From Thermodesulfobacteriota bacterium (GTDB lineage Bacteria; Desulfobacterota_D; UBA1144; Nemesobacterales; Nemesobacteraceae), in the NCBI GenBank assembly GCA_965232155.1, contig OZ246948.1:908829-972828 (forward strand): DNA of 64,000 nucleotides, written 5' to 3'. This document shows positions 62,668 to 64,000 of this stretch, one piece after another (the stretch's first letter is position 1; every line of letters starts with the position of its first letter). The notes under the pieces were generated by a model. The model was not told the origin of the DNA. It made no database searches and was given only the letters and a program-made list of their open reading frames with translations. Both the position numbers and the translations under genes were made by a program.

Positions 62668-63609
62668 ATGAAAATTATTTTTGATCCCAAGCAGCCCTTG
62701 GATTTCGAGACCTCGGCGGGCATTGGAAATTTTGACGGCATTCATCTCGGGCATAAAGAGATAATAGAGACTGCGAAACACCGCTCGCGGGAGAATTCCA
62801 CGCGTTCCTGCGTAATTACATTCAATCCACATCCGCAGAAAGTTCTTGGCAGAAAGGAGCTTTCACTCATCTTCCCGCTGGGAAGGAGGTTCGAGATGCT
62901 TGAGGCTACTGGGATTGACGTGGTTATCTGCCTTAATTTCACCCGTGAACTCTCGATAGTGAGTGCGGAGAATTTCGTAAAAGACATACTCCTTGACTGC
63001 CTGAGGATAAAAGACATAGTCGTGGGTCCGGGATTTTCTTTCGGACACAAAAGAAAGGGAAACGTCGATCTTCTGCGGTCCATGGGAGAAACCCATGGTT
63101 TTAATACGGTAGTTGCAGAGGCGGCTCGGGTAGATGATCAGGTGGTAAGCAGCAGCGCTATAAGGAATCTTGTAAGAGACGGAGAGATCAGTAAGGCGAA
63201 CCGGTTTTTCGGTTACGATTACTACATAGAGGGCGTCGTTGTGGAAGGCGAGAGAAGAGGCAGGAAACTGGGTTTCCCCACAATTAACCTTGACACCGAA
63301 TGGGAGATTCTTCCCAAGCCGGGGGTCTACGCTACCTACGTCAGGTTCCCCGACGGCTTCCACGAAAGCATTACCAACATAGGGGTCCGCCCCACGTTTG
63401 AGGAGAGCAAGCTTACGGTCGAGACTCATGTCTTTGATTTCAATGACAATCTCTATGGAAAGAAAGTCGGAGTTAATTTCGTTGAAAGACTGAGGGACGA
63501 GGAACGTTTTGCGAGTGTGGACGAGCTTGTAGCGCAGATCGAACATGATGTTGCGTCGGTGCGGGAAATTCTTCGCAGTCACCCGAAGGACGAACGGATT
63601 TGGAAATAA
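62668..63609 (+). CDS. ribF: Bifunctional riboflavin kinase/FAD synthetase
   Basis: GNFDGIHLGH, TFNPHP, VSSS.IR, GRKLGFPT.N, NIGVRPT, ETH. Confidence 0.97.
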   Translation: MKIIFDPKQPLDFETSAGIGNFDGIHLGHKEIIETAKHRSRENSTRSCVITFNPHPQKVLGRKELSLIFPLGRRFEMLEATGIDVVICLNFTRELSIVSAENFVKDILLDCLRIKDIVVGPGFSFGHKRKGNVDLLRSMGETHGFNTVVAEAARVDDQVVSSSAIRNLVRDGEISKANRFFGYDYYIEGVVVEGERRGRKLGFPTINLDTEWEILPKPGVYATYVRFPDGFHESITNIGVRPTFEESKLTVETHVFDFNDNLYGKKVGVNFVERLRDEERFASVDELVAQIEHDVASVREILRSHPKDERIWK

Positions 63610-64000
63610 AAGCCACAACGCGGATATACGGTATTTTCGGTCATCCGGTATCCCAGAGTCTATCTCCGGCCATGCATAACGCGGCGTTCGGGCATCTTGG
63701 ACTCGACTGCGTTTATCTGGCTTTTGACGTGGATCCTCGCAACATAGACGAGGCCGTAAATTCGATAAAAGCCCTTGGTGTTTGCGGAGTTAATGTCACC
63801 ATCCCGCATAAACAGTCCGTTATGGCGGGTCTGGACGAGATTGCTCCCGAGGCGTCCATGGTTGGAGCGGTAAACACCATAGTTAACGAAAACGGCAGGC
63901 TCAAGGGTTACAACACGGATGTCTCCGGGGTGCTGAGAGCTCTTGACTCCGAGCTTGGATTTGCCCCGCAGGGCAAAAGTGTCTTTATTGTTGGAGCCGG
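63600..64000 (+). CDS. aroE: Shikimate dehydrogenase, N-terminal part (runs off window end)
   Basis: Own translation from TTG 63600: MEIKATTRIYGIFGHPVSQSLSPAMHN...GVNVTIPHK...GAVNTI...GYNTD. Confidence 0.93.
   Translation, partial: MEIKATTRIYGIFGHPVSQSLSPAMHNAAFGHLGLDCVYLAFDVDPRNIDEAVNSIKALGVCGVNVTIPHKQSVMAGLDEIAPEASMVGAVNTIVNENGRLKGYNTDVSGVLRALDSELGFAPQGKSVFIVGA

Overview
Compact, mostly housekeeping 64-kb stretch of a diderm bacterial chromosome (roughly 50% GC by eye, very short intergenic gaps, many overlapping start/stop codons and TTG starts). Gene content such as a TrmD-Tm1570 fusion, DUF4911-murJ and argS-SPOR is deltaproteobacteria-like, possibly Dadabacteria/Desulfobacterota_D; this is inference only. 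Contents in order: end of a suf operon (sufD, Rieske ferredoxin); a thiolase-fold/DUF35 pair divergent from a luciferase-like monooxygenase; cysP-like permease with APS reductase; pyrE; a GT-C glycosyltransferase; thrC; acyP-MBL-ftsB-rsmA; dacB, polA, pmtA; ffh-rpsP-khpA-rimM-trmD-rplS; tolQRA-phosphatase-argS-SPOR-CDP-alcohol transferase; yebC-ruvCAB; rho; a truncated IS5; Cld/ChdC-ftsY-ribD-nadD-rsfS; a dcw cluster (mraZ to ftsZ, no ddl); murJ, aroQ, recJ, SPFH-lgt-trkAH, ribF and partial aroE. I saw no CRISPR array, prophage, rRNA or tRNA, and no clearly new multi-gene system. The best leads are a probable ATA start for rsfS fused to the nadD stop, a Cys-less thiolase with a zinc-less DUF35 next to a flavin monooxygenase, a double-SPOUT (likely doubly knotted) TrmD, non-canonical MraZ boxes alongside an altered MraZ motif, and a frameshift near the 3' end of murG.
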